Below are positions 27,088 through 35,857 of a stretch of 64,000 nucleotides of DNA, piece by piece. Under the pieces are notes generated by a model, which did not search any database, was not told the origin of the DNA, and saw only the letters and a program-made list of their open reading frames with translations. This DNA comes from Ostreococcus lucimarinus (Eukaryota), in the NCBI GenBank assembly GCA_000092065.1, contig CP000586.1; one strand, given 5' to 3'. The position numbers and the translations under genes were made by a program. The stretch's first letter is position 1. Each line of letters starts with the position of its first letter.

Positions 27088-27519
27088 TCACGCCGCGCGC
27101 GCCCTCGCCTCCGCCTCCACCGCGACCTCCCTCGCGTCCGCCGCCGCCGCGCGCGCCCTCGCCTCCGCCTCCGCCTCCGCCTCCGCCTCCGTCTCCGTCT
27201 CCGCCTCCGCCTCCGCCTCTGCCGCGCCCTCCGCGCGCTCGCCCTCCTCGCCCGTCATCGGTCCGTAATACTCCGGATCGCGCAGCATGCACTCCCGCAG
27301 CGCCGACGTCGTCTCGAAGCACGTCTCCACGAAATCCTCGTCCCGCGCCTTGGCCGCGTCCACGCACGCCTCCCACGCCGCGAACGCCGCGCGGCACGAC
27401 CCGCCCTTCATGTACTTGCAGAATCCGCACGTCTCCTCCTCCTCCTCGTCCTCGTCGCGCGCGTCGCTCGCGCGCGGCGCGTCGCTCGCGTCGCCCGCCG
27501 GTGCCGTCGCCGTCGCCAT
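27088..27519 (-). CDS. GCK-domain protein with a C-terminal (EA)n repeat.
   Basis: CGFCKYMKGGSCRAAFAAWEACVD...FVETCFE...LRECMLRDPEYYGPM is the GCK domain. ATG at 27519-27517. The tail AEAEAEAETETEAEAEAEAEA is encoded by a (GCCTCC)n repeat. Confidence 0.5.
   Translation of the reverse strand: MATATAPAGDASDAPRASDARDEDEEEEETCGFCKYMKGGSCRAAFAAWEACVDAAKARDEDFVETCFETTSALRECMLRDPEYYGPMTGEEGERAEGAAEAEAEAETETEAEAEAEAEARARAAAADAREVAVEAEARARAA
27103..27222. repeat. (GCCTCC)n hexanucleotide repeat. It codes the (EA)n tail of the GCK-domain protein.
   Basis: About 20 near-perfect units read directly. Confidence 0.85.
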
Positions 27520-27582
27520 CCCGCGGCCGCGCCCGCGCGCGCGTCGCCGTCTGCCGCACTCGTCGACGCGCGACGTCGAATC

Positions 27583-30500
27583 ATGACGACGCGCGCGGAC
27601 GCGTGCGCGCGGCTGCTCGACGACGCGGCGCGAGCGACGACGGACGACGACGCCGTCGACGCGCTCGCGCGCGTCGCGGCGATCGCGAGCGCGAGCGCGA
27701 GCGCGAACGACGCGGCGGAGGCGAGCGCGCTGACGGCAATCGTCGAGCGGGTGATCGAATTCGGACGCGCGGATAACGCGACGACGCGGAGAAGCGCGGC
27801 GAGCGCGTGCGAAACGCTGGGGAAGGCGCGCGAGGGATGGCTGGGGGCGTGCGCGCGCGCGCTGGGGGAGATGACGCGGGATGAAGACGCGGGGACGGCG
27901 AAGCGGGCGAGCGCGGGCGTCGGCGCGCTGTTTCGAGAGGCGTTGATCGTGAGCGCGGTGAAGGGAAACGCGACGCGAGTGGTGAAGACGGTGAAGGACG
28001 CGTGGAGCGCGGCGAGGGAGGCGATCGAAGGCGCGAGCGCGGTGGCGGTGGATGAGAGCGCGAACGAAGGGACGCGGATGGCGTGCGCGAAGACGACGGA
28101 GACGGCGATCCTGGCGCTCGCGGGCGAGGGTTGGGGATCGAACGTCGTGAAGCCGGGGCACAAGACGCTGAATTTGGAGGAGATGATGGCGGATGCGGTC
28201 GCGCTGTCGGAAAAATTGCAGGAGGCGCTGCGAAATTTGAGCGAAGGGGCGAAACCGACGGGACCGCTGGCGCTCGTGCTCGTGGCGGCGTTGGGGAAAT
28301 TGAGCGTGAAGAAGGCTGAGCTCGCCGCGGGGTGCACGCCGGTGCTCATCGCGTACGCGAAAGCGCACGCCGTGCGAGAAAAAGCTGAGATCGAGGCCAA
28401 CGAGCGGGCGTCGGCGGCGACGGCGAGCGTTAGTAAAGAGTTGAAGAACGTGTTGCTCGACGTGTTGCGCAACGGCCCGACGCAAGCCGTCGAGGGTGGG
28501 ATGATGAATGAAATTTCCACCATCTGTAGAGATCTAGGCGCGGGCGAAGCCGTCGACAGCGCGCTTCGTCACCGCGAGCGAACGAGTCGAGGGGAACCGC
28601 TCGGGGAAAAGCGCGCGAGCTTTTTGACCCCAATCGGCGGCGGTTTCAAGCGCGCGCGTCTGCGCGAACAAGTCCCGCCGCCGCCTCCACCGCAAATCGT
28701 GGCGGCGCCGATGACGGAACCGGGAATCCTGCATCAAATTTTAGTCACGCTCGCGGCTTTGGTGAATAGCGCCGATCGCTCCATGCTCGATGCCTTCATC
28801 ACGCAGCTGGCGCCGCCGGCTTTGGCGGATGCGATTCTCGCCAATCTCAACCACTTGCCGCCGGCGAGCCAGTACTACCTCGCTGGTCGCGGGGCGAACG
28901 CGCCGAGGCCGCCGCCACCGCCGCCCATCTCGACGATGGTTACCGTGCCGGAGCCACCCGAGGAACCGGCGGAACCGCTATCGGTCGTGATCAAGGTTGA
29001 CGACCTCGACGCCGAGGTCGCCGAGGCGTTTAGACTCGAAGCCATTCAGCGCATGCTCGCGGTTGGAAGTTCCGTGGCAGAGTACGGTGGGGCGGAGAAG
29101 GTCACTCTCGCTGGCCCGCTTCGCAGCTCATTGCTCGCCCGCTTAGCCGCGTCCGGGGCTGCAAAGTCAGCCGGCGCTTCGCTGGAAGAAGAGACGATGG
29201 CCATCGCGTCCGCGCTGCTCTTCACAGCCGAAGGCGGTGGTGTGTACGAGACAGAGGGTGTGAACATGCTCATGAAATGGCTCACGACACTGTATGCGCA
29301 AGAAGTTGCGTTTGAGTTTAGCTACGTGCCGTACGATCAGGCGATTTCTGCAGCCATAGAGTGTTTGACGCGCGGCGTCGCCGGGGCGACGTCCACGACG
29401 GCGATGGCGAGCGGGGCGAAGAAGCCGCTCTCACAGCTGTTGTGCGACGTGCCTTCGTTGCCGGGGGTCGTGTGGCGCGCTATCCGCGTGATGTGTAGAT
29501 TAGAGGAAGGTGATGAGACGGCGCAGTACCCGACGACGGAAGAAACCGTCGTCCTCGTGCTCGGCGTTTTGCAAGACATCATTTTGGAGCGGCCTCCAGC
29601 CCGGGACGAGGCGTTGGAGGTTTGCCTGGCGTGTGCGATGCAAGACGACGACGCCGTGCGCGGAAAAGCGATCCGTCTAATCGCTAATCGGTTACACCCG
29701 GTCAAGCATCTCACCGAACGCATCGAAGCGTACGCCAAGGATGGTCTCGAGCGCGGTCGGGAATTGGGCAAAAAGGCGCTCGTCGAAGCCAAGGCGCTCG
29801 TCGAAGCCGAGGCGAAAGTCAAAGAGGAGCAAGATGCGGCCAAGGCAGCGGCGGAGGAAGATGCGCCCGAAGACGATGCGATGGAGACAGGAACGGAAGC
29901 AAAGACGCTGGAGACGGAAGTAGAAGAAGAGCAGGTGGACCACATAGCGAAAGCCGCAGACTCCGCCGTCGGCCCGATGTTGCTGTATTGCGCTCTCTGC
30001 GCCAGAAATCTGAAGCTCTTAACCGGATTGTTCGAGGCGTACGCGACGCTCGAGCCAGAGATTCAGCTTGCGTTGCATCGACCGGTGAACGGCTTAGCGC
30101 GCGCGTGCGGACCAAACTGTTTGGAGCTTTGCGAAATCATCGCCTCGCCGCCGGAGGGTTCGCTTTCCCTCGCGGTGCAGTGCTTGAATACGCTCGCTTC
30201 CGTCGCCGTCGTTCCGGCACCCTCGACTTTGCTCAACGCGGCGGAGTCGCTGTGTGCCTCTCACGATGGCGATGTCAAATACCTCGCGCCACTCGTGTGC
30301 TCGTTCGACGAAGAACGAGTGCGCGATTTGCTCCCGCAGTTTATTCACGCCTCGAGCGAAATATTTGCGTCGGTTTTGGACACCATCTTGTCCGTGCCCG
30401 AAGAGGAGGCGGTGCTCAGCCCCGTCGCCATTCTCATCGCCGTGCACGAAGTTCAGGTTGGTCAAGCGGGCGTCACGCTCAAGCAGCTCGTGGATGCTTG

Positions 30501-30894
30501 TTCGGTGTGCTTCGATCGCCCGGACGTATTCACGCCGCAGGTGCTCGCCACGGCGCTTCAGCAAATGGTCGAGTTCACGCCGTTACCACTGCTCTTCATG
30601 CGCACCGTCATCCAAGCGGAAACCATCGCTCCGCAGCTCAAGGAATTTACCCTCGGCTTGCTACGCACGCTGATCAACCGTCAAGTGTGGAAGATGGACC
30701 AAAAGATTTGGGAAGGTTTCCTCCGATGCCTCAAGCGCGCGGCGCCGCAGTCGTTCCCGCTCATGGTCGAGCTCCCCGCTCCCGTCTTCGGCGACGTCTT
30801 GCAGAAATTCCCCGCGCTCAAGGACAATTTGCGTCAATTCGCCGCCAAGTCGTCCGTCCCGAAAGCGATCGCCGCCGTGTTAAACGAGCCCTAG
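27583..30894 (+). CDS. SYMPK: Symplekin (mRNA 3'-end processing scaffold; Pta1/ESP4 homologue).
   Basis: The C-terminal LPLLFMRTVIQ...RQVWKMDQKIWEGFLRCLKRAAPQSF matches the Symplekin_C signature (LPMLLMRTVIQ...[25 protein letters not shown]). The N-terminal half is HEAT-like. Confidence 0.7.
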   Translation: MTTRADACARLLDDAARATTDDDAVDALARVAAIASASASANDAAEASALTAIVERVIEFGRADNATTRRSAASACETLGKAREGWLGACARALGEMTRDEDAGTAKRASAGVGALFREALIVSAVKGNATRVVKTVKDAWSAAREAIEGASAVAVDESANEGTRMACAKTTETAILALAGEGWGSNVVKPGHKTLNLEEMMADAVALSEKLQEALRNLSEGAKPTGPLALVLVAALGKLSVKKAELAAGCTPVLIAYAKAHAVREKAEIEANERASAATASVSKELKNVLLDVLRNGPTQAVEGGMMNEISTICRDLGAGEAVDSALRHRERTSRGEPLGEKRASFLTPIGGGFKRARLREQVPPPPPPQIVAAPMTEPGILHQILVTLAALVNSADRSMLDAFITQLAPPALADAILANLNHLPPASQYYLAGRGANAPRPPPPPPISTMVTVPEPPEEPAEPLSVVIKVDDLDAEVAEAFRLEAIQRMLAVGSSVAEYGGAEKVTLAGPLRSSLLARLAASGAAKSAGASLEEETMAIASALLFTAEGGGVYETEGVNMLMKWLTTLYAQEVAFEFSYVPYDQAISAAIECLTRGVAGATSTTAMASGAKKPLSQLLCDVPSLPGVVWRAIRVMCRLEEGDETAQYPTTEETVVLVLGVLQDIILERPPARDEALEVCLACAMQDDDAVRGKAIRLIANRLHPVKHLTERIEAYAKDGLERGRELGKKALVEAKALVEAEAKVKEEQDAAKAAAEEDAPEDDAMETGTEAKTLETEVEEEQVDHIAKAADSAVGPMLLYCALCARNLKLLTGLFEAYATLEPEIQLALHRPVNGLARACGPNCLELCEIIASPPEGSLSLAVQCLNTLASVAVVPAPSTLLNAAESLCASHDGDVKYLAPLVCSFDEERVRDLLPQFIHASSEIFASVLDTILSVPEEEAVLSPVAILIAVHEVQVGQAGVTLKQLVDACSVCFDRPDVFTPQVLATALQQMVEFTPLPLLFMRTVIQAETIAPQLKEFTLGLLRTLINRQVWKMDQKIWEGFLRCLKRAAPQSFPLMVELPAPVFGDVLQKFPALKDNLRQFAAKSSVPKAIAAVLNEP

Positions 30895-30900
30895 TCGTCT

Positions 30901-30905
30901 TGTAA
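30901..30905 (+). promoter_or_regulatory. UGUAA poly(A) signal for symplekin.
   Basis: TGTAA lies 7 nt after the stop codon. Confidence 0.4.
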
Positions 30906-30984
30906 CGCAACGTCCCGAACGCTTGGAGTTACCCTAATCGCCGATCGACGCCTCACATTTCGCCGCGTCGAAATCGTCCTCGCC

Positions 30985-31251
30985 ATGGCGTCCGCCGCGG
31001 ATCGATTGAACATCACGTCTCAGCTCGAGCACTTGCAGTCTCGACACGTCGGCACGGGCCATCCCGACGCCACGCGACACGAATGGGCGGTGAACATTCA
31101 TCGCGATTCCTACGCGTCGTACGTCAGTCATCACCCGATGGCGATGTACTTCGCCGTCGCCAACGGCGAGAGCGTGGGACGGATGAAGTACGAGTTCACG
31201 CAGAAGATGTTGCTTCCGTGTGGGCTGCCGCCGGATCTCGAGGAGGAGTGA
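30985..31251 (+). CDS. SF3B5: Splicing factor 3B subunit 5 (SF3b10).
   Basis: NITSQLEHLQSRHVGTGHPDATRHEWAVNIHRDSYASYVSHHPMAMYFAVANGES aligns along its full length with SF3B5. Confidence 0.85.
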   Translation: MASAADRLNITSQLEHLQSRHVGTGHPDATRHEWAVNIHRDSYASYVSHHPMAMYFAVANGESVGRMKYEFTQKMLLPCGLPPDLEEE

Positions 31252-31529
31252 GTTGGGTGGAATGAAGCGCGGGATCGTCGTCGGAGGCGATCGCTCGCTC
31301 GGGCGGGGGAGTTAGTCGATTAGATTGTTAGAGAAGGCTTTGTGAATAAGTAATTTGTGTAATCATTATGAGTTAAGAGGGACGTGAACGCGTGAAGCTA
31401 TGAGCTCGCGCTCGCGCGCGGTGCGCGAAGTCGGTTCTTCTCCCCGGCGAAACCGAAACGGTCGTCGACGCGAATGGAAAATCAACGCGTGAAATCCTCG
31501 TGTGAAAAGTGTCCAGACTCGGTCGTCGA

Positions 31530-33020
31530 CTACATGCCGACGACGCGCATAACTTGCGAAGATCGACCACCACGGCACATGGCGATGGAGCCGACGATGA
31601 CGGCGATGACGGCGACGACGAACGAAACCGCGGCGAGCGCGAGGGTGCGCTCGTCGGCGGCGTCGTCGTTGCCCGTCTTCGCCGCGAGTTCAGTTTTGAG
31701 GGCGGCGACGGACGCTTCGAGAGCGGCGATGTTCTTCTTGAAGAGCCCGCGCTCGTAATCGGCGTACGTTTGACGCTTATAGCTGAAAGTGTGAACGCCC
31801 ATCCCGACGTTTGTGGCGGGCGCCGACGCGCCTGATGAGTCGACAAAAGTCCAAATCGGGGCGGCCACAGCGCTTGTGAAGTGGGAAGTGACGGCGTCTC
31901 GGACTGCAGCGGCGAGAGCTCCGGGAAGCGGGTAGAAGTAGAAATCCGTAATCTTGTCTTGAATAGCGGAGCTGAGCATGTACTCGACGAACGCAAGCAC
32001 GACGCCCGCGGTCGCAGTATCTGTGTAAGTAGTGCGGACGTGCAAGTACGTAAACGCGCAGATGGGCCAGAATTTGTCGCCCGACTTGTAGTAGAGGTTG
32101 ATGGCAGACCAGTCACCGGCCCAATCGGTAGTCGACGTACCGGTGACTTGTGGAAACGTCACTCCTTCGCCGACTTCCTTGATTTTGGCGGTCAGGCGTC
32201 CAGCCGGGTCGCCCTCCTTGGTCACGACCCATTGGTTGTTCGCGTTCTTCAAAGAAACTTCGGACAAGTTGTCGAGGTGGCCGTGGCCGGCATCGATGTA
32301 CCCGATAGAGTACTCGTTAGATCCGATCGCGAGACGCATAGAATCGGACCCAGTCACACCGGTGTGTACAAAGTTGCCCGTCAAAGCGGTAGCGTCAACC
32401 GCGCCCGTGAAAACAGTCGGACACGCGGCTTTCATGTAACCCCTGAGGCCGTAAGTCGACGAAGAACCGTTACTGCGCGCAATGACCTTGATGGTTTGAC
32501 TGGGCAAAGTCAAACCAGAATCAGCCGCGATATCCGCATGATTCCAGTTCGTGATCGCGCCGGTAAAAATCTTCGCCACCGTGCACGCGGAGAGCTTCAT
32601 TACGCCCGTGCCGACGCCCGGTACGTTGTGGAACAGAGACACGGCGCCGATTTGGAACGGGAGTTGCATGAAAGGAGCCGAAGAATCAGCGGCAAGACCG
32701 TAATCGGTGCTCGCGAAATCACCAGCGTTGGCGCTCGCCCAATCAGTCGCACCTTGTCCGGAACCGACCGAGCGGTACGTCATGCGAAGCGTCGAGCCCG
32801 CCATCTCTTCGAGCTTGTCCATGGCCAACCAAATCAGCTTGGACGGGTTCGTCGTCCCGGATCCGTGCAGATGAAAGTGTCGGACTTTACCAGAATTTTC
32901 CTGCAGGGACTGGTCGGCGAACGCCAGCGGCGCTTGCGCGCAAATCATGGCCAAAACCGCGACCGCGAACCATCGATGACGATGGCGGCGGTGCGATTCG
33001 ATCGTCGTCGTCTTGATCAT
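31530..33020 (-). CDS. PstS-like: PstS-family phosphate-binding protein (periplasmic-binding-protein fold, DING/PstS-like). It has a signal peptide and a C-terminal TM anchor.
   Basis: HGSGTTNP...RSVGSGQGATDWASANAGDFASTD and RSNGSSSTYGLRGYM are PstS-like. There is an N-terminal signal peptide (AVAVLAMICAQAPLAFA) and a C-terminal hydrophobic anchor. Confidence 0.6.
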   Translation of the reverse strand: MIKTTTIESHRRHRHRWFAVAVLAMICAQAPLAFADQSLQENSGKVRHFHLHGSGTTNPSKLIWLAMDKLEEMAGSTLRMTYRSVGSGQGATDWASANAGDFASTDYGLAADSSAPFMQLPFQIGAVSLFHNVPGVGTGVMKLSACTVAKIFTGAITNWNHADIAADSGLTLPSQTIKVIARSNGSSSTYGLRGYMKAACPTVFTGAVDATALTGNFVHTGVTGSDSMRLAIGSNEYSIGYIDAGHGHLDNLSEVSLKNANNQWVVTKEGDPAGRLTAKIKEVGEGVTFPQVTGTSTTDWAGDWSAINLYYKSGDKFWPICAFTYLHVRTTYTDTATAGVVLAFVEYMLSSAIQDKITDFYFYPLPGALAAAVRDAVTSHFTSAVAAPIWTFVDSSGASAPATNVGMGVHTFSYKRQTYADYERGLFKKNIAALEASVAALKTELAAKTGNDDAADERTLALAAVSFVVAVIAVIVGSIAMCRGGRSSQVMRVVGM

Positions 33021-33279
33021 TTTTCGAGGTGGAATGTCGCGAGATTCGCGTCGTCGTCGGGAGCGGGAAGTGTTCTTTCGCGCGTCTTCGTTTCAGTCTC
33101 GCCGTTGCACGCGGCGCTGAAATGTGACGCGCGCGGCGTCGCGATTCAGAGCGCCGCTCATTATAATCCCTTTTTCGCCCGTGACCTGTGCTCATGGGGG
33201 CGCCGGTGTAGGTTTCGGTTGTGGTTTCTAGCGGAGCTGTTGTGTCTATTGAGAGGGCTAATGAACTAACGGCGCGATT

Positions 33280-35607
33280 TCACGAGAGTCCGAAATCTTT
33301 GAATCGCCGATTGAAGGCGCTGTAGGACACGGAGCTGCCCGTGCGGCGATGGCCGCTCGCGTTCGAGCGCTTGACGGACGTCGCCGCGCTGACGCCCACG
33401 CTGGGGCGCTCGCCCGCTATGGCGGCGAGCTTGGTGATGCACACGTCGCGGCATCGCTCGAGCGTCGCGCGTGAAGTTGCTTTGTCGAAATCACCGCGCG
33501 CGGAGAGGACGGCGGCGACGCAGTCCAAGCCGGCGTCGGGCCAATTGCCGAGTAAGACGCCGTACTCGTGCACGAAGGCGTCGGGAGAGGCGGCGCAAAC
33601 GAGACCGCGGAGATTTTGCAAACGTGCGATCCTGCCGATGGCTTTGTTCGTCGACATACGAACGGACATGGATTGCGTGAGAGCTCGCTCGTCGGCTTCC
33701 AATCGCGCGGCCGTGTGCGGCGCGACTACGGAGGCTTGCTTTGTGAACAGGATGAATAACAGTTCGATCAAGTACTCGAACAGCGTCTCCGTCACTGAAC
33801 CCGCGACTTCGGCGGTTAGCCAATCTTCGGTATCGCCCAAATAATCCTCCACGGTCGCGAGAAGCGTGGTCATCGACTCACCAGTCGCCCACGGTCCGTC
33901 TACTTTGGAGCCGTAAAATGTGTTCATCACCTCCACCAGCCCTGGGTCGTCTAAGACTTGACGCGAAATCATCCGTCGCGCCTCGGCGTGCACGCGATTA
34001 AACACGTGCATCGCATGATCGAACTCGCGTACCATGACGTCATCCTTCATTCCGAGCGCATCTAAAATTGTCTTTTGTGTCTGCGCCGCCAAACTTCGAC
34101 ACCGGCGCGTGTCGTTGACGCCGGCAACGATGGTTTCAAACGACACCGGTTGCGCGTCGCGCGCTGCGCTGTCGTGCCCACCGCGTGAGGGTGTCCGACA
34201 AGGAACCCCAGAAAGCGTTTCACTGGGCATTCCCAGACGGTCTGCGACGGCGCTCGCATAGTTTGTAATCATCTCCGCGGCGACTCGACCGCATTGACGC
34301 ACGAAGACGTTCGATTGCGTCTCTATGGCGATCATCATCTGATCTGCGATGAGGCGAAAAAAATCCAGGTCACTCGGGTTCCATAGCTTGCCCGATCCAT
34401 CTTCTTTGGGTGGTCTCGACTTCGCCACGCGACAGAGATTATTCGTCCATCCCGAAATTGTGACGCGCAGTCTGTCGCAATACGTCTCGATGACGGTAGA
34501 TAACCCGACGGGATAAGGCAGCGGCGGGCTCTCGTTCGACTCATCGGCGTATTCAACCGAGCACGCGTGCGCGTCGTCGGTGATTTCGATATCTAAACCG
34601 AGAGACTGCATGGCGTTGAAATAGTGCTGCCCCCACTTCACCGTGGCGACCATGTCGCCGTTGGAGGTGTTAGGACTCGAACTTAAACGCGCGAGAAGAT
34701 CGCACACGCCCGCGTGATACGTCGGCGCGACGACAGTTTCAAACACACGCCATTCAGGCGGAAACGCAGGTATGGTGTAATCAAACGTTTCCGCGAGCGA
34801 CACCAAGCTCTCGTCGAGCGCGCCGACGACGTGCTCGATGCTTTCCTTGTCGTCTAAACCGCTGAACCCTTCGGCGATTAACGCCAGTCGAGCCTCGACG
34901 GCGATCGACATTTGCTCGAGAACCTTCGTCTTCCACCGCTTCGGCTCTGGCGGCGCGACATTGATGACTTTATTCGTCGCCGCGTCCAATTCCGGCTCAA
35001 ACGTCAGCGCGTCTCGCTCAAACTCCTCGTCCAGCACCTCTTGCTCCGCCACCACGCGCACGGCTCGCACGAGCCCGACCGACCCCGACTCCCCCGCTAA
35101 TATCCCTTGCCGAACGCTGTTCCACAGCACCCCCTCAAACGTCGTCCACGCCGCGTCCACGCGCTCGAACTCGTCGTCGTCGAACACCCCGCGTTTCCGT
35201 TCCCCTACCCTCGCCAGCGCCGCGCGCACCGCGCACAGATCCACCTCCAGCGTCGTCAACGTCTCCCACGTCTCGAACATTCTCGTCTCATCCCGCTCGA
35301 GCGCGTCGATCGCGCGCGTCGCCCGCGCGCCCGGCTCCGACGCCTCGCGCGCGTCCCGAAGCGCCCGCTCCACCTCCGTCAACCCTCCGTCGTCCTCGCG
35401 CGCGCCCTTCCCCTCGCCGTCGCCGCGTCGCCTCGCGAACATCTCCGCGAGCTCTCCCAGCGCATCGCGCGTCTCGCTCGCCGTGTCCCTAAGCTTTCGC
35501 GCGCGCGCCACGCCGTCCTCGATGATTTTCAACCGTTCGCGCAAGCGCGCGCGTCGCGCCTCCAGCGTCTTCGTCGCGCGCGCGCGCGCGCCGTCGTCGC
35601 CGCGCAT
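33280..35607 (-). CDS. SEC6: Exocyst complex component Sec6 (EXOC3).
   Basis: C-terminal ATVEDYLGDTEDWL...YLIELL...CVAAVLSARGDFDKATSRATLE parallels human EXOC3 VTVEDYFNDFAKI...IGALLAVRGDASRDMKQTIMETL. ATG verified at 35607-35605. Confidence 0.55.
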   Translation of the reverse strand: MRGDDGARARATKTLEARRARLRERLKIIEDGVARARKLRDTASETRDALGELAEMFARRRGDGEGKGAREDDGGLTEVERALRDAREASEPGARATRAIDALERDETRMFETWETLTTLEVDLCAVRAALARVGERKRGVFDDDEFERVDAAWTTFEGVLWNSVRQGILAGESGSVGLVRAVRVVAEQEVLDEEFERDALTFEPELDAATNKVINVAPPEPKRWKTKVLEQMSIAVEARLALIAEGFSGLDDKESIEHVVGALDESLVSLAETFDYTIPAFPPEWRVFETVVAPTYHAGVCDLLARLSSSPNTSNGDMVATVKWGQHYFNAMQSLGLDIEITDDAHACSVEYADESNESPPLPYPVGLSTVIETYCDRLRVTISGWTNNLCRVAKSRPPKEDGSGKLWNPSDLDFFRLIADQMMIAIETQSNVFVRQCGRVAAEMITNYASAVADRLGMPSETLSGVPCRTPSRGGHDSAARDAQPVSFETIVAGVNDTRRCRSLAAQTQKTILDALGMKDDVMVREFDHAMHVFNRVHAEARRMISRQVLDDPGLVEVMNTFYGSKVDGPWATGESMTTLLATVEDYLGDTEDWLTAEVAGSVTETLFEYLIELLFILFTKQASVVAPHTAARLEADERALTQSMSVRMSTNKAIGRIARLQNLRGLVCAASPDAFVHEYGVLLGNWPDAGLDCVAAVLSARGDFDKATSRATLERCRDVCITKLAAIAGERPSVGVSAATSVKRSNASGHRRTGSSVSYSAFNRRFKDFGLS

Positions 35608-35857
35608 GTCGACTCACGCGCGCGCTCGGCGCATCGCGCGCGCGTCGCGCGCGCGACGTCGTGTGCCGCGCGCGATGCGCCGCGCGCGCGCGTCGAGACG
35701 ATCGGCGTCGGCACTACGCGTCGCGCCGACGCGTCGCGCCGCGGCTCGCGTCGCGGCTCGACGACGACGCGCCGCGTCCCGCGCGCGCGCGCGCGGGCGA
35801 ACGCGCGCGCGCGCGACGCGCGCGAGGGCGCGCTCGAGCGCCAGCGCTGGCGCGGAC

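Noticed and set aside
34838-35857. N-terminal 340 codons of the 2520-aa ORF as part of TIC236.
   Set aside because: It is antisense to the well-supported Sec6 CDS and is low-complexity. The first ATG followed by the TM segment is at 35858.
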